Positions 45,106-55,571 of a stretch of DNA of 64,000 nt are shown here, one piece after another; the first letter of the stretch is position 1, and each line of letters begins with the position of its first letter. The stretch lies in the sequence record OR608733.1; one strand, given 5' to 3'. A program made the translations under genes and the position numbers. The notes under the pieces were generated by a model. The model did not search any database. It saw only the letters and a list, made by a program, of their open reading frames with translations, and was not told the origin of the DNA.

Positions 45106-47217
45106 ATGATAGACTCATTTAGGAAGCTAATGGGCTCGCTATCAATTACTGAAACTGATCAAGAAATTATCATCAGTGGTTTTGATGGTGCTGCATTCAT
45201 TAGAGATATTAACAAGTATTGGCGAACCACTAAATTAGCTACGCAGTTATTTAACACGGTTAGTCGTCGTAGTATTTCATTTTATAAATTCTTTGCTCCT
45301 GAAATATATTACATGCTAGAAGCAGTAAAGAATTATAGAAGTAGATACATCTCTATTAAAACTGTTAATGCCATCCGTGAAGCAATGCTTCAATATACCT
45401 GGTTAAAAAATACTCGTCCTGTAGATACCAACTCTGTACCAGGTAGACTCAATTTCAAGATGTTAGACAAATTGACATTTACACCAGATGAGTCTCAAAA
45501 AGCTTATTTTGAAAATTATAATTATCGAATTGACCAGTATGGTTTACGTGGTGATATTGTTGCAGGTAAACCTGGTACTGGTAAGACATTCATGACGATG
45601 GCTATTGCTGAAATGGTTGAGTCGGATATCATTATAGTTGTTTGTGAAAAGAAGTCTATTGATCTAATATGGAAGCCATCTATTATTGAGATGTATAAGG
45701 AAAGACAAAAAGTATGGTCGACCATTGATGATAAAGCCTACAACGGTCAAAGAATACTTATATCCCATTACCAGGCGCAAGATAAAATAATTGATCTATT
45801 AAGAAGCGGTATATTCAAAGGTAAGAACATTACGGTGATTCTGGATGAATCACACAATATGAACGATCCTAATTCTGCACAATCTCTTAAGTTCCAGCAA
45901 ATATGTTTTATGTCTAACTCTAATAACAGATTATTAGCGTCAGGTACCCCTGTTAAAGCACTTGGTTCTGAATTAGTAAGTGCATTAAGAGTATTAGACG
46001 ATCTCTTCACCAATGAGGTTGAAGAACGTTTTAAGAAAGCATTTGGAAAAGAGACACAGAAAGGATTAGATATTGTCCAACATCGCTTTGGGTTAATTGC
46101 GTACGTCATTGAAAAGAAAGATACTGAGGTTTTACCACCGAGGATAAAAGCGTATCGTATCAAGATACCAAATGGATCACAGTATACTCTTAATGCCATT
46201 AAACGTGATTGTGAAGCTTTTATTAGAGAACGTGTAAAGTTCTATGCTGCGCGCCGACCAGAAGATGAGAAGTATTGGGCTAAACTAATGGCGATACACG
46301 AGAACTCTCTTAAGACCCAGGCGCAGAAAGATGGTTTCGCTCGCTATAAGAATTTGATTAAAATAATTCAGAAGAATCAAGACCCGCGATACATTGGTGA
46401 AGAAATTAAAGAATCTAACCAATATGAAAAAATGTTTATAGAGCCAACTTTACCTCGTAATGAAATAGCTGCTTTTAGAGATATTAAATCAGTTATAAAA
46501 TACGTTATGCTAAAGATACAAGGTGAATGTTTGGGAAGGGTTTTAGGTGCTAAACGCATTCAGTGCCATGTGGACATGGTACCGTATATTGACTGGGTTG
46601 GTATCACTGAATCAACTATGAAGAAAACGATTGCATTTACATCGTTTGTTGAGGTTGTTGATACTGTTGATAAGTACACCAATAAATTAGGTATGCATCC
46701 GGCGGTGGTGTATGGTAAAACCAATGACAATTTACCTCAAATAATCAGTAGATTTGAGAAAGACCCTAAATTAAATCCATTGGTAGCTACATATGCTTCC
46801 CTTTCAACAGCGGTCCGTATGACGATGGCTGATACTATGGTGACAATTAATTCACCGTTTAGGCATTACATTCTAGAACAAGCTATTGCTCGAATTTACC
46901 GTAAAGGTCAGGATTCACAAACAGTCGTATATCAATGTACTCTCGATACAGAAGATGAACCGAATATCTCAACAAGGTCAGATGACATTCTAAAATGGAG
47001 TCAGGCAATGGTTGAAGCTATTATGGGTATTAAATCTCCATTTGAGATCACAGAGTCATTAGAAAGTTATGTTGATAAAAATAATAATTTTGATGAAAAT
47101 AAAATCATTTATCAGATGCTAAAAGAATCATTTGAGAAGTATGATATCGCAATTGATTTTAATGACTTTGATACACGTATGTATAAACCATATCAGCCCG
47201 CATATATGCGGTTTTAA
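45106..47217 (+). CDS. SF2 (SNF2-like) helicase, gp203-like
   Basis: GKPGTGKT, ILDESH, SGTP, SLSTAVRMT, QAIARIYRKGQ; TATG late-type motif at 45062-45065. Confidence 0.9.
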   Translation: MIDSFRKLMGSLSITETDQEIIISGFDGAAFIRDINKYWRTTKLATQLFNTVSRRSISFYKFFAPEIYYMLEAVKNYRSRYISIKTVNAIREAMLQYTWLKNTRPVDTNSVPGRLNFKMLDKLTFTPDESQKAYFENYNYRIDQYGLRGDIVAGKPGTGKTFMTMAIAEMVESDIIIVVCEKKSIDLIWKPSIIEMYKERQKVWSTIDDKAYNGQRILISHYQAQDKIIDLLRSGIFKGKNITVILDESHNMNDPNSAQSLKFQQICFMSNSNNRLLASGTPVKALGSELVSALRVLDDLFTNEVEERFKKAFGKETQKGLDIVQHRFGLIAYVIEKKDTEVLPPRIKAYRIKIPNGSQYTLNAIKRDCEAFIRERVKFYAARRPEDEKYWAKLMAIHENSLKTQAQKDGFARYKNLIKIIQKNQDPRYIGEEIKESNQYEKMFIEPTLPRNEIAAFRDIKSVIKYVMLKIQGECLGRVLGAKRIQCHVDMVPYIDWVGITESTMKKTIAFTSFVEVVDTVDKYTNKLGMHPAVVYGKTNDNLPQIISRFEKDPKLNPLVATYASLSTAVRMTMADTMVTINSPFRHYILEQAIARIYRKGQDSQTVVYQCTLDTEDEPNISTRSDDILKWSQAMVEAIMGIKSPFEITESLESYVDKNNNFDENKIIYQMLKESFEKYDIAIDFNDFDTRMYKPYQPAYMRF

Positions 47218-47228
47218 AGGAGACAGAA

Positions 47229-47699
47229 ATGTCTGATCCACATTCATCTAATACTGGTGAAGATCTTATTCTTGGGCCTGAAGCCACCAGTGAAGAAATG
47301 TATAATGCGATTTTAAGGTGGGTTGACAAAGTAACAACCATCCTAGAATCTGGTGGTGGCCCTGGTCCAGGTCCTAGTACTGGTTTAAAACCAATTCTAT
47401 TTCAAACTGGTACATTAAACCCAGGAGATGTAGTTACTTATGATCTTTCCAAAGTTATTACTTCTATGGGTGATTATACTCTGGCTACAGCCATCGTTGA
47501 TCTCAAGATTATCGACCCTGAAACTACTAGTCCTACTAGTGGTAAGCTTATTAGCGCTTCTGCTAGTATTGGTTGGGATCTCGATTCATCTACAGGGATT
47601 TTAAATATCCGTGGGTATAGCCTGTCTGTACCAATCACTTATTATATTCGAGTTGACTCACCTATTAAGACGGCTGATATTCCCGTGTATACCCCGTAA
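47229..47699 (+). CDS. probable virion structural protein (gp202-like)
   Basis: Beta-rich with GGGPGPGP linker; in the inverted late block. Confidence 0.7.
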   Translation: MSDPHSSNTGEDLILGPEATSEEMYNAILRWVDKVTTILESGGGPGPGPSTGLKPILFQTGTLNPGDVVTYDLSKVITSMGDYTLATAIVDLKIIDPETTSPTSGKLISASASIGWDLDSSTGILNIRGYSLSVPITYYIRVDSPIKTADIPVYTP

Positions 47700-47709
47700 G
47701 GAGTGAGAA

Positions 47710-49659
47710 ATGCCTTCTATTGTCCCGTCGCAAGTGCCGGGTCCTGTGGCACTAAACTCTAAAGTTAAATTTAACTTTAGTTCAGATATTCAGAAGGTGT
47801 ATTATACAGTGAGCCCGGAGTTACCTCCGGTGCTCTCTGAATACATTGCTTATGATGGTGACCCTGCAACAGGTGGTAGTCCATTTATTGCTGTTGTGCA
47901 AGATGGCACTGGTAATGTTCTTTATGATTGTAGTTTTCCAAAATTCTATAATTTAAACTATGATACTTACCAAATTCCGGCTAATACAACAAACCCTCAA
48001 GATCTATGGGGATGGGTAAGATATTTTTATAATGCTATTGGGTTTATTAGGAATGGTAGTAAGTACGAATCAACTGGAAAGAAATTCTTAGTAATCACAG
48101 ATAGTAATCCTAGTGAACCTTATTCAGTCCTCAATACGTCAGGTAATGGTTTTAAAAAGATACTAGATACGGCTGCTCGTGTACAAGATTCTACCTATGA
48201 TGTTTATTACCCAGAAATGATGGGTGGCACAGTAGACCTTACTTTAACAGATCTTAATAAGTATTATGCATGTATTCTATTCTCTACTAAAGATCATAAT
48301 ACTGGTGCATTAACTCCTGAAAGAGTGAGTCAGGCGACTATTGATAATCTAGCTACTTGGCGTAAATCGGGTAATGGTATCTTTGTTATAACTGATTCTG
48401 CTTCAAGAGATTACACTAATATTGAAGATGCTAAAGAAAATAATGGTAGTTTTGCATTTACCGCTAATAGACTAGCCTTTAATTTTGGTTCTTATTTCTC
48501 TGGTGTTGTTGATAGGTCAGATGTTCAATATACTGTAAATCAGATGCTAAGCTGGTCACCAAAAGCTGCATCATCTGGTTTGTTTACAGGTATGAATAAA
48601 TCTATTGGTAATGGTCAAGTAACTGACTTTGTTATCAAAGGTGATTCAAGTGAAAGTGAGATTAAGCTTGTTACTTTCCCAGCGTATAACAAAGAAGATA
48701 TTCCTGAATTTACCTTCGATCATACTGGCGAGTACATTTACAATTTTCTTTGTACGACATCTGAAAATCCTAATAAACCGTATGCTATTTCATTTAGATT
48801 CCAAGTTGGTGTAGATGATGGTATCTTTGTTGCACGTGATAATGGCCAAGCTATTGATACTACTCAGATACTAACAGCTAAGCGTTATTTTGATCTTAAT
48901 CTAGGTTACTCAAATGGTACTGACCATCAGGATTATCTAGGCGATATTCAAATAAATGGCTATTTAGTTGGATCATTCTTATTTAGTCAGGGCATTACTC
49001 AGTGGGATCTGATAACTCATGGATCAACTCTTTTAATCCATGATAATGATCAGATACGTATTAACGTACGTGTACCTTATACTTACACAATGCAGCATCA
49101 AGTGGTACTTAGTTCAAAACCTGCTTCTCTTTATAATGAAGCATCCCTTATAGGTACAATGGCATGGGATGATTATAAAGGGATAAGTAAAGCTAAAATT
49201 TATGAATATATTAATCTTAGCATGACCAAGTATATGTATCGTGTAGCGAATGCATATAAGAATAACATTAATATAAAACCAATAGTATTGACTGCATTAC
49301 GCCGTACATTCCTTGGTGAGACATTAAATACAGCTAATGTATATGTTTATGATAATAACTCCACATGGGGTAAACTATCACAACGTGTCCAGAACGGACG
49401 ACATGGTGATATTGTTATCTTTGCAGATACTTCTAAAGTTGTCCAGTATGATGAACTGGCTTCAACGCCTGGCTGGTATGTAATGAAAGATCCAGGATTA
49501 GCCGATGTAACAGTAGCTAAACTAGTTCCATTCTTTGGAAATAACCGAGCTATTAAAAATAGGTTAAAGACTGGTGACATTCTTGATGAGACCACTGGTC
49601 AACCAATTTCTTTCCATGCTAATTGGAAAATAGAAAATGATAAACTTGTAAAAGTTTAA
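47710..49659 (+). CDS. probable virion/tail-associated protein (gp201-like)
   Basis: 649 aa; beta-rich ends flank an alpha/beta Rossmann-like middle; synteny with phiKZ. Confidence 0.7.
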   Translation: MPSIVPSQVPGPVALNSKVKFNFSSDIQKVYYTVSPELPPVLSEYIAYDGDPATGGSPFIAVVQDGTGNVLYDCSFPKFYNLNYDTYQIPANTTNPQDLWGWVRYFYNAIGFIRNGSKYESTGKKFLVITDSNPSEPYSVLNTSGNGFKKILDTAARVQDSTYDVYYPEMMGGTVDLTLTDLNKYYACILFSTKDHNTGALTPERVSQATIDNLATWRKSGNGIFVITDSASRDYTNIEDAKENNGSFAFTANRLAFNFGSYFSGVVDRSDVQYTVNQMLSWSPKAASSGLFTGMNKSIGNGQVTDFVIKGDSSESEIKLVTFPAYNKEDIPEFTFDHTGEYIYNFLCTTSENPNKPYAISFRFQVGVDDGIFVARDNGQAIDTTQILTAKRYFDLNLGYSNGTDHQDYLGDIQINGYLVGSFLFSQGITQWDLITHGSTLLIHDNDQIRINVRVPYTYTMQHQVVLSSKPASLYNEASLIGTMAWDDYKGISKAKIYEYINLSMTKYMYRVANAYKNNINIKPIVLTALRRTFLGETLNTANVYVYDNNSTWGKLSQRVQNGRHGDIVIFADTSKVVQYDELASTPGWYVMKDPGLADVTVAKLVPFFGNNRAIKNRLKTGDILDETTGQPISFHANWKIENDKLVKV

Positions 49660-49667
49660 CGGCATAA

Positions 49668-49688
49668 GCCCTCCCGCAATGGGAGGGC
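49668..49688. terminator. bidirectional terminator between convergent genes
   Basis: GCCCTCCC-GCAAT-GGGAGGGC. Confidence 0.85.
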
Positions 49689-49699
49689 ATTATGTTGTT

Positions 49700-50359
49700 T
49701 TAACCACGCGTTATATTAAATAACCGTCTTTTCTGATCAAGTAATAAAATAGCGCTTGTGGTAATTTTAATGTTAAACCTACGTTTAGCTAAACTCTGAG
49801 CTACTAGTTCAATAGCATCAACTAGATCGATTGATTCTATATCACCTGTATTTTTAGATTTACTAATTGGTTTACTAAGAATTTTCCATCCCTTAGTAAA
49901 ATTACTAGCTGATGGCTTTTGACCTATCTTGCTACGAAAAAATAGTCCAACTAATTTACTAGCCAGTTCACGTGGATCATTAAAATCTGCTTCTGGTGAA
50001 TGTAAGGTAATATTACTGTTTGCCAGGAATTCATGGTTCTCCGCACGATCCTCGATAGTTTTAGCACGTGGATCAAAATCCCAACAATTAACAGTTATAT
50101 TTACGTCATTACCATTACGACGTAGATCAATACATCTAACGAAATCAGTCATGTCAAACTTACGTTCAACATCACGCATGTCATTAGCAATCTTCTCTAA
50201 TTCATCGTTATCAGTAATACCAACTTGCTTAGTAATATCAAAAGTCAAATCGGCTAAAACGGATTGAGGAAAACTGGTTGCGATCAGCAAACGCAGTACG
50301 ATTTCTGGACGACTTTTTCTATCTTTGTCGCCTGACATCTTCTCAAAGGTATTAGTCAT
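49700..50359 (-). CDS. hypothetical protein
   Basis: 219-aa ORF. Confidence 0.85.
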   Translation of the reverse strand: MTNTFEKMSGDKDRKSRPEIVLRLLIATSFPQSVLADLTFDITKQVGITDNDELEKIANDMRDVERKFDMTDFVRCIDLRRNGNDVNITVNCWDFDPRAKTIEDRAENHEFLANSNITLHSPEADFNDPRELASKLVGLFFRSKIGQKPSASNFTKGWKILSKPISKSKNTGDIESIDLVDAIELVAQSLAKRRFNIKITTSAILLLDQKRRLFNITRG

Positions 50360-50378
50360 GATGGCTATCCCAAAAAGG

Positions 50379-50810
50379 TTAGTTCACACCATTTAAACGC
50401 TCCCAGTCATCTAGGGTTGCACGAGCATCAAATAGTGCGTTGTGAAGCATTTTAGAACCTTTTCCACTTAGCTCATGATTTAATTCAAATATAGTTGGTA
50501 ACTCAACAACTTGTTTACCTTTACCCATATCCATAGCTTTACCAGTGTAAACCATATCGTTAACATGATTAGCTATAAAATGTAATCGAGCAAACTGACC
50601 AAGAAACTTGGCTAGTCTATCATGGAATTCTTCTAAAGAGATTGGTTCTTTTTGAAGAATAGGAATAACGTTTTCTTTAACCCATTCATCTTCAATATTG
50701 TCATATGGTAGAACTTCGTAGAATTCACAACGTCGATCTTCACTAACAATACCGAGTGAAATAAGAGTACCAGTAGGCGTATCAAATTCTGTATCAACAA
50801 AAAGTAACAT
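50379..50810 (-). CDS. DEDDh 3'-5' exo(ribo)nuclease (Rv2179c-like)
   Basis: FVDTEF...LISLGIV...EFY...WVKENV...HNALFDAR. Confidence 0.8.
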   Translation of the reverse strand: MLLFVDTEFDTPTGTLISLGIVSEDRRCEFYEVLPYDNIEDEWVKENVIPILQKEPISLEEFHDRLAKFLGQFARLHFIANHVNDMVYTGKAMDMGKGKQVVELPTIFELNHELSGKGSKMLHNALFDARATLDDWERLNGVN

Positions 50811-50866
50811 AGTAGTTTTCCTTATACGAAAGTCTTATCATAACAATAATGCACTTACGTCAAAAA

Positions 50867-50889
50867 GAGAGAACCATGGCGGTTCTCTC
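50867..50889 (-). terminator. intrinsic terminator
   Basis: GAGAGAACC/GGTTCTCTC stem followed by T run. Confidence 0.8.
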
Positions 50890-50900
50890 CTATAAAAGTA

Positions 50901-51389
50901 TTAGACTTTTAGTCCACGAATATTGAAGATTATTTGACAAGCTGCAATTATTCTATTTCTAGAAATCTTTACAGGAATTTTATAGTGATTGAGTACAGCT
51001 TTAGGATTCTCAACACTCATCAATTCTTTAAGTAATTCGTCGCTAATTTTATTATGTGTTAGGACAAAGGTTGCGACATCGTGGTCCCAGCATCGTTTTA
51101 TTGCACTACAAGCACGAATATACTTCTCGGCTAATTCGGGGCTAAAATCTAATGCTTCTAGCCATTTCTTACGACCAGCAGTGTAAATCACTCGTGTACG
51201 AGTATTCGATGGGACAGCTACAATATAACCTGTACCTGGTGTCCTACGCTCTTCAATGGGTCTGATGTTCCAATCACCAATCATCCTAATTAATGTAGAT
51301 AGATCATCATTAGCACCATAGTAACCAATAGGTAAACCTAAACTCACTTGTGTATCTATCTGGTCTACAGTTTGATGTGTAATAACCAT
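50901..51389 (-). CDS. hypothetical protein
   Basis: 162-aa ORF. Confidence 0.8.
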   Translation of the reverse strand: MVITHQTVDQIDTQVSLGLPIGYYGANDDLSTLIRMIGDWNIRPIEERRTPGTGYIVAVPSNTRTRVIYTAGRKKWLEALDFSPELAEKYIRACSAIKRCWDHDVATFVLTHNKISDELLKELMSVENPKAVLNHYKIPVKISRNRIIAACQIIFNIRGLKV

Positions 51390-51498
51390 TGTAGTTCTCT
51401 TCCCAATAGGGTTTTATAAACTTCCACAAGACTAAACTCCATTATAGCCCTATCAGATTGGGTAATAAAACTTAACAAAAAAAAATATTAAACATAAA

Positions 51499-51520
51499 AC
51501 CCTCTCCCGAAGGAGAGGGT
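51499..51520 (-). terminator. intrinsic terminator
   Basis: ACCCTCTCC-TTCG-GGAGAGGGT followed by TTT. Confidence 0.85.
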
Positions 51521-51531
51521 AATATATAACT

Positions 51532-51894
51532 TTATCCATACATTACGAAAGGTACTTCGTAAACAATTAGATAAGTATACATCAGTTTAAAACCAATGTG
51601 TAACCACTGATCTTGATTAAATGTAATTTTATTATCACATTTTAAATAATCAATAATGCAATGAGCAATTGCTTCAATAAGTCCTAAAACTAATGAACCA
51701 GTGATGAAATAAACTGCACCGCCATGCATAAAACTATGCGCGGGTAATACCCATTTCCAGTATAGCGAACCTAGTTCAGTAGTATGATTTTTAGCCTTTG
51801 CAATGAAATCATTTTGCAATGAAAAATCAAAGATGAAGTGTGCCACAATTAAACCAAAGAATAATGCCATTGAGCTGACACTGATTAATTCCAT
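51532..51894 (-). CDS. DUF3307-like membrane protein
   Basis: AHFIFDFSLQ...HSFMHG...AH.IIDY.K...DQWLH in TM helices. Confidence 0.8.
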   Translation of the reverse strand: MELISVSSMALFFGLIVAHFIFDFSLQNDFIAKAKNHTTELGSLYWKWVLPAHSFMHGGAVYFITGSLVLGLIEAIAHCIIDYLKCDNKITFNQDQWLHIGFKLMYTYLIVYEVPFVMYG

Positions 51895-51905
51895 TTTATT
51901 TCCGC

Positions 51906-52268
51906 CTAGAAAGGTATTTCATCTTCAACAATGTGTGAATAGTCGATATTATGTTTTTTACATAATTCTTTAAACTTATTTAATTTAGTTTCAGTTTCTA
52001 ATAGATCAGAATGTAACTTTGTCTTATAGTTTTTTCCGAAGTCAGCTGGGTTGAATACGGAATTGTAATAAGCATGTATCTCAGAATATTCTTTCTTTAT
52101 AAAATCAATAAATTTTGGATCATTGCCGTCGCCAAGATAACTAATTAAATGACCTAGATCATAATTCTGTCGTCTAGCTGCTTTTAATATAAGTTCATTA
52201 ATCTCAATTAATTCAGACGTATTACACCGCCTTCTTTTAAAATATCGGATAACTTTATTAAATAGCAT
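51906..52268 (-). CDS. hypothetical helical protein
   Basis: 120-aa ORF ending EDEIPF. Confidence 0.8.
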   Translation of the reverse strand: MLFNKVIRYFKRRRCNTSELIEINELILKAARRQNYDLGHLISYLGDGNDPKFIDFIKKEYSEIHAYYNSVFNPADFGKNYKTKLHSDLLETETKLNKFKELCKKHNIDYSHIVEDEIPF

Positions 52269-52269
52269 A

Positions 52270-52644
52270 TTAAGTAATCCCTAGCCATTGTAAATATCCA
52301 CTATCACTTAATCCACGATAATAATCATCTTTATTTTTACGTAAATAACAATAAACTATTTTACCCATTAATTGATAACTAGTTTCATTATCAAAGATAA
52401 ATTCTTTTTCTAATCTATTATTACTATCCACTAATGAGATTACTACATTACCGTAACGTACTGTTAATTTCACAGTTCTAGTGGAATCAGCATCATGAAA
52501 GATATAAGTCAACCCATAATTCAATTCATTATTTAATACTTGAATACTAGTAGACCTATCAGATTTAATCTGAAGTGGATGTTCGACAATCGCCTTGAAT
52601 GCTTTATTGCATAAGAGAATGTTTTGTATTTTTAATGAATCCAT
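52270..52644 (-). CDS. hypothetical protein
   Basis: 124-aa ORF. Confidence 0.8.
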   Translation of the reverse strand: MDSLKIQNILLCNKAFKAIVEHPLQIKSDRSTSIQVLNNELNYGLTYIFHDADSTRTVKLTVRYGNVVISLVDSNNRLEKEFIFDNETSYQLMGKIVYCYLRKNKDDYYRGLSDSGYLQWLGIT

Positions 52645-52793
52645 GACATTACCTGATTTAGTATTTATAATTTACCTATATCGAATTAGAATTAGGTAAT
52701 AGTGGGTTGACTCAGTAGTCTTCAATCTAATCAGATCAGTGTTTAGACTGAGATTGAGTATTAAGCTGTAGTGACACTTTAATCAATGACGTA

Positions 52794-53150
52794 TTATGGA
52801 TTCCCGGCAAGCCAGTTTACTGCACATGTTGCTGCTTCATCAAATTGATTCAATGAGAATTTGGTTATCCGAACAGCCTGTGCCATATTAAGAACTTTAA
52901 ATTCACTATCACCAGACTCAATATAAGATATCATGGCATGATGATCATTACTAGTATCATAAACTGCAATGCGGATATCCTTGCCCCTTTCAACCACATA
53001 TGCGATAGATCGTTTTGTTACAGGGTTATCGATGACATTAACTGTTTCACGTAATGTAGCGTCAATCTGGGATGCATTAATATGGGTACTAATAGCATTC
53101 AGCAAATAATGCTCAATCTGTCGCCCTGTTTCAAGAGTTAGAGAACCCAT
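52794..53150 (-). CDS. hypothetical protein
   Basis: 118-aa ORF, AGGAG RBS. Confidence 0.8.
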   Translation of the reverse strand: MGSLTLETGRQIEHYLLNAISTHINASQIDATLRETVNVIDNPVTKRSIAYVVERGKDIRIAVYDTSNDHHAMISYIESGDSEFKVLNMAQAVRITKFSLNQFDEAATCAVNWLAGNP

Positions 53151-53162
53151 TGTAATCTCCTT

Positions 53163-53525
53163 TTAGAATCCAATATAATCTAGGAACCCATGGTAATCGA
53201 ATGTTCGTGTTGGGATACTTGTATCCGAAAAGAACGTATTTATTTGTTTAGCTAATTCAGTATGGTGATGTGAATTATCTTTGTTGATCTTAGTAACCAC
53301 TTTCTCATCAAAGAAATAGGTTACGCACATATTTAGTGGTTTATCTATATTGATTTCAACAACTACCTTACGAACCGTATCCTCAGACAAGAGTGTACAC
53401 TTAGCGCCCCACGGTGAAACCTCTATTTTAATATCTACATGAGGCTTGAGGTTATCATGATATTTCGTGAGTTCCTTCAATACATCATCCATCGTTTGGA
53501 TGAGCTTTATATTGGTAATATTCAT
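53163..53525 (-). CDS. hypothetical protein
   Basis: 120-aa ORF. Confidence 0.8.
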   Translation of the reverse strand: MNITNIKLIQTMDDVLKELTKYHDNLKPHVDIKIEVSPWGAKCTLLSEDTVRKVVVEINIDKPLNMCVTYFFDEKVVTKINKDNSHHHTELAKQINTFFSDTSIPTRTFDYHGFLDYIGF

Positions 53526-54262
53526 TATAACCCCTCATAAATATCCTTTCGTTTTGGATTTATGCCTGCAACCTTGCCTTTACTATTATCGATGTAACAA
53601 AGGTATTCATCACAAATGGTAGTCTTTACAAAAGGAATCAATTGGTTTAGTTCCAATAGAGTGTACTCTTTACCCAAATATTTACACATCTGGGTCAATG
53701 GACTACACATCACATTATAAATTCCCTTAGTATTTTTTAGAGAGAGGTATTCGCCATCAATATCTCTATCATTATTTATCATGTAAATATCACGAATAGG
53801 ATAATTATCTTTTAATGGTCCGTTACCAAACTTAACACCATGTACACCATTGGGTCCATTTAGTAGATAATAACCAGTTGGCACAGACCAATATGTGGTG
53901 CCTTTAAATCCTGAAAGTAAACCATACGGCTCATGATAATCAGAAGTAAAGCATTGTTCATCATTACAGATGACTTCTTGATACATCGAATAATTAACAA
54001 GAATCTGTTTAGTTGGATCACTTGGTTTAACTAATGGAATAACTGAATATTCTGGATAACTAGTCCATCCGCAACTACCAAGTCCAGATTGTTGGTCGAA
54101 GTTACATGGAGCAATTCGCGGAGTATGATTAGAGTAGAATAGTGGTACACCATAAAAAGCAAGTGGTTCGTAATTAACACTAGCTTTAGTACACATGCCG
54201 ATACTAATCAGAAATACCGCACAAAATACACGCATCGATAATTTAAACATCAGTGCATCCAC
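53525..54262 (-). CDS. Cys-rich exported protein
   Basis: Signal-like N-terminus ending TKA; four close Cys pairs in the mature part. Confidence 0.75.
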   Translation of the reverse strand: MDALMFKLSMRVFCAVFLISIGMCTKASVNYEPLAFYGVPLFYSNHTPRIAPCNFDQQSGLGSCGWTSYPEYSVIPLVKPSDPTKQILVNYSMYQEVICNDEQCFTSDYHEPYGLLSGFKGTTYWSVPTGYYLLNGPNGVHGVKFGNGPLKDNYPIRDIYMINNDRDIDGEYLSLKNTKGIYNVMCSPLTQMCKYLGKEYTLLELNQLIPFVKTTICDEYLCYIDNSKGKVAGINPKRKDIYEGL

Positions 54263-55034
54263 CCTCGGTTTCCTTAATTGCCAATTTTACTAATACATTA
54301 ACCCATGCACCTTCATCGAGCAGCCAACCGGCCGCGCCTGTACCATGCTCGGCAAATCCAAGACTATCTAGATAATGTAGCATGAATGTAGTCGGACCAA
54401 ATCCATATTTCTTATCACATTCATTACGTTTAGAAGTATTCCAACCTTGGCGATATATATCCAATACGTCATCAATATAACGCAACTCTGCTTCTGGATG
54501 ACCACAGCCACACAGGTTAAATAATTTGCGTGTAATGGTGTTGTATGTATCACTATATTCTTTTTCATTATAATCAATGAAAGAGCCTTCTCGTTTGAAT
54601 AGTTGCTTATCGGATGCTAAATCATTAAAATGACCAGGGTAATCTTGAGATGGAAGTGCACCTAGCGCCATTAGTATAATAACGCGCGGGTCTTTACGTT
54701 CAACTGATTCAATGAGTACTTCAAAGTTAAGTTCTCGTTGCACCACATTGTTATTGCTGTTGATATTATTCAGCAGAATGTCCATAGCTTCTTGACCATG
54801 CCAACTACGGATGTTAGGTTGGTTATTAGTATAACCAGTAATGGTCAATTGGTTAGCTGTATTTGATTCACCAACAGTAACATGTAGGTAATAAGGACAT
54901 TGTTCTAATTTCTTAGTAATATCAGTTGAAAATTTATTACCCTCAAGTAGTCCAATATCGCCATGACCGATATACAAACAGATACCTTCAGTAGAAGGTT
55001 GAGTGGTGTAGTTAAAGTTCAAGGATTTAAACAT
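54243..55034 (-). CDS. hypothetical two-domain protein
   Basis: C-terminal LCGCGHP...LDSLGFAEHG...WL motif of a widespread small phage protein. Confidence 0.8.
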   Translation of the reverse strand: MFKSLNFNYTTQPSTEGICLYIGHGDIGLLEGNKFSTDITKKLEQCPYYLHVTVGESNTANQLTITGYTNNQPNIRSWHGQEAMDILLNNINSNNNVVQRELNFEVLIESVERKDPRVIILMALGALPSQDYPGHFNDLASDKQLFKREGSFIDYNEKEYSDTYNTITRKLFNLCGCGHPEAELRYIDDVLDIYRQGWNTSKRNECDKKYGFGPTTFMLHYLDSLGFAEHGTGAAGWLLDEGAWVNVLVKLAIKETEGGCTDV

Positions 55035-55061
55035 ACTCTTTCCTCTATTATAAATGATTAG

Positions 55062-55502
55062 CTATTTACCGTTTATATAAAGATTAAATGGACATTGACA
55101 CATGAATTCCGCATTTAGAATACTTTCGATATTGTAACTAATTGATTTATCAGTGATGATGTTGATATCTAAATGCCATGTCTTAGTATTTTGAGTAACT
55201 AACCTGTATTCAATGTCAATACTAAAACCTGGTGCATCAACTGGATCATCATCTCCTTCATTCTGATGGATAAAGTATGAAGATAAAGTATACCTGGCTT
55301 TAATATATTCATCTGGTTTTATAACTTTTAAAGGGGCATTGATATGTGAAATAAAACCATGATAATTAAATTCTTTATCCCTAATATCGATAACTTTAGG
55401 AGTAACCGATACATAGGCTGGCCATTGTGGTAGATCTAGTTCACCATGTTTAGATTGGTCTTTATCGATAATGTGAAAAGCTCTAACAATTCTATTGAAC
55501 AC
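55062..55502 (-). CDS. hypothetical protein
   Basis: 146-aa ORF. Confidence 0.75.
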   Translation of the reverse strand: MFNRIVRAFHIIDKDQSKHGELDLPQWPAYVSVTPKVIDIRDKEFNYHGFISHINAPLKVIKPDEYIKARYTLSSYFIHQNEGDDDPVDAPGFSIDIEYRLVTQNTKTWHLDINIITDKSISYNIESILNAEFMCQCPFNLYINGK

Positions 55503-55535
55503 TTGATATACCTTTTAACAAAAAAATTATAAAGA

Positions 55536-55558
55536 AGAGTCCCCGTAATGGGGACTCT
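55536..55558 (-). terminator. intrinsic terminator
   Basis: AGAGTCCCC/GGGGACTCT stem. Confidence 0.8.
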
Positions 55559-55571
55559 ATTATATCGTATT

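Noticed and set aside
52270-53525. Three adjacent ~120-aa genes as a paralog triplet (also 32166-33506)
   Set aside because: Similar length and beta-rich pattern but no motif I could align with confidence
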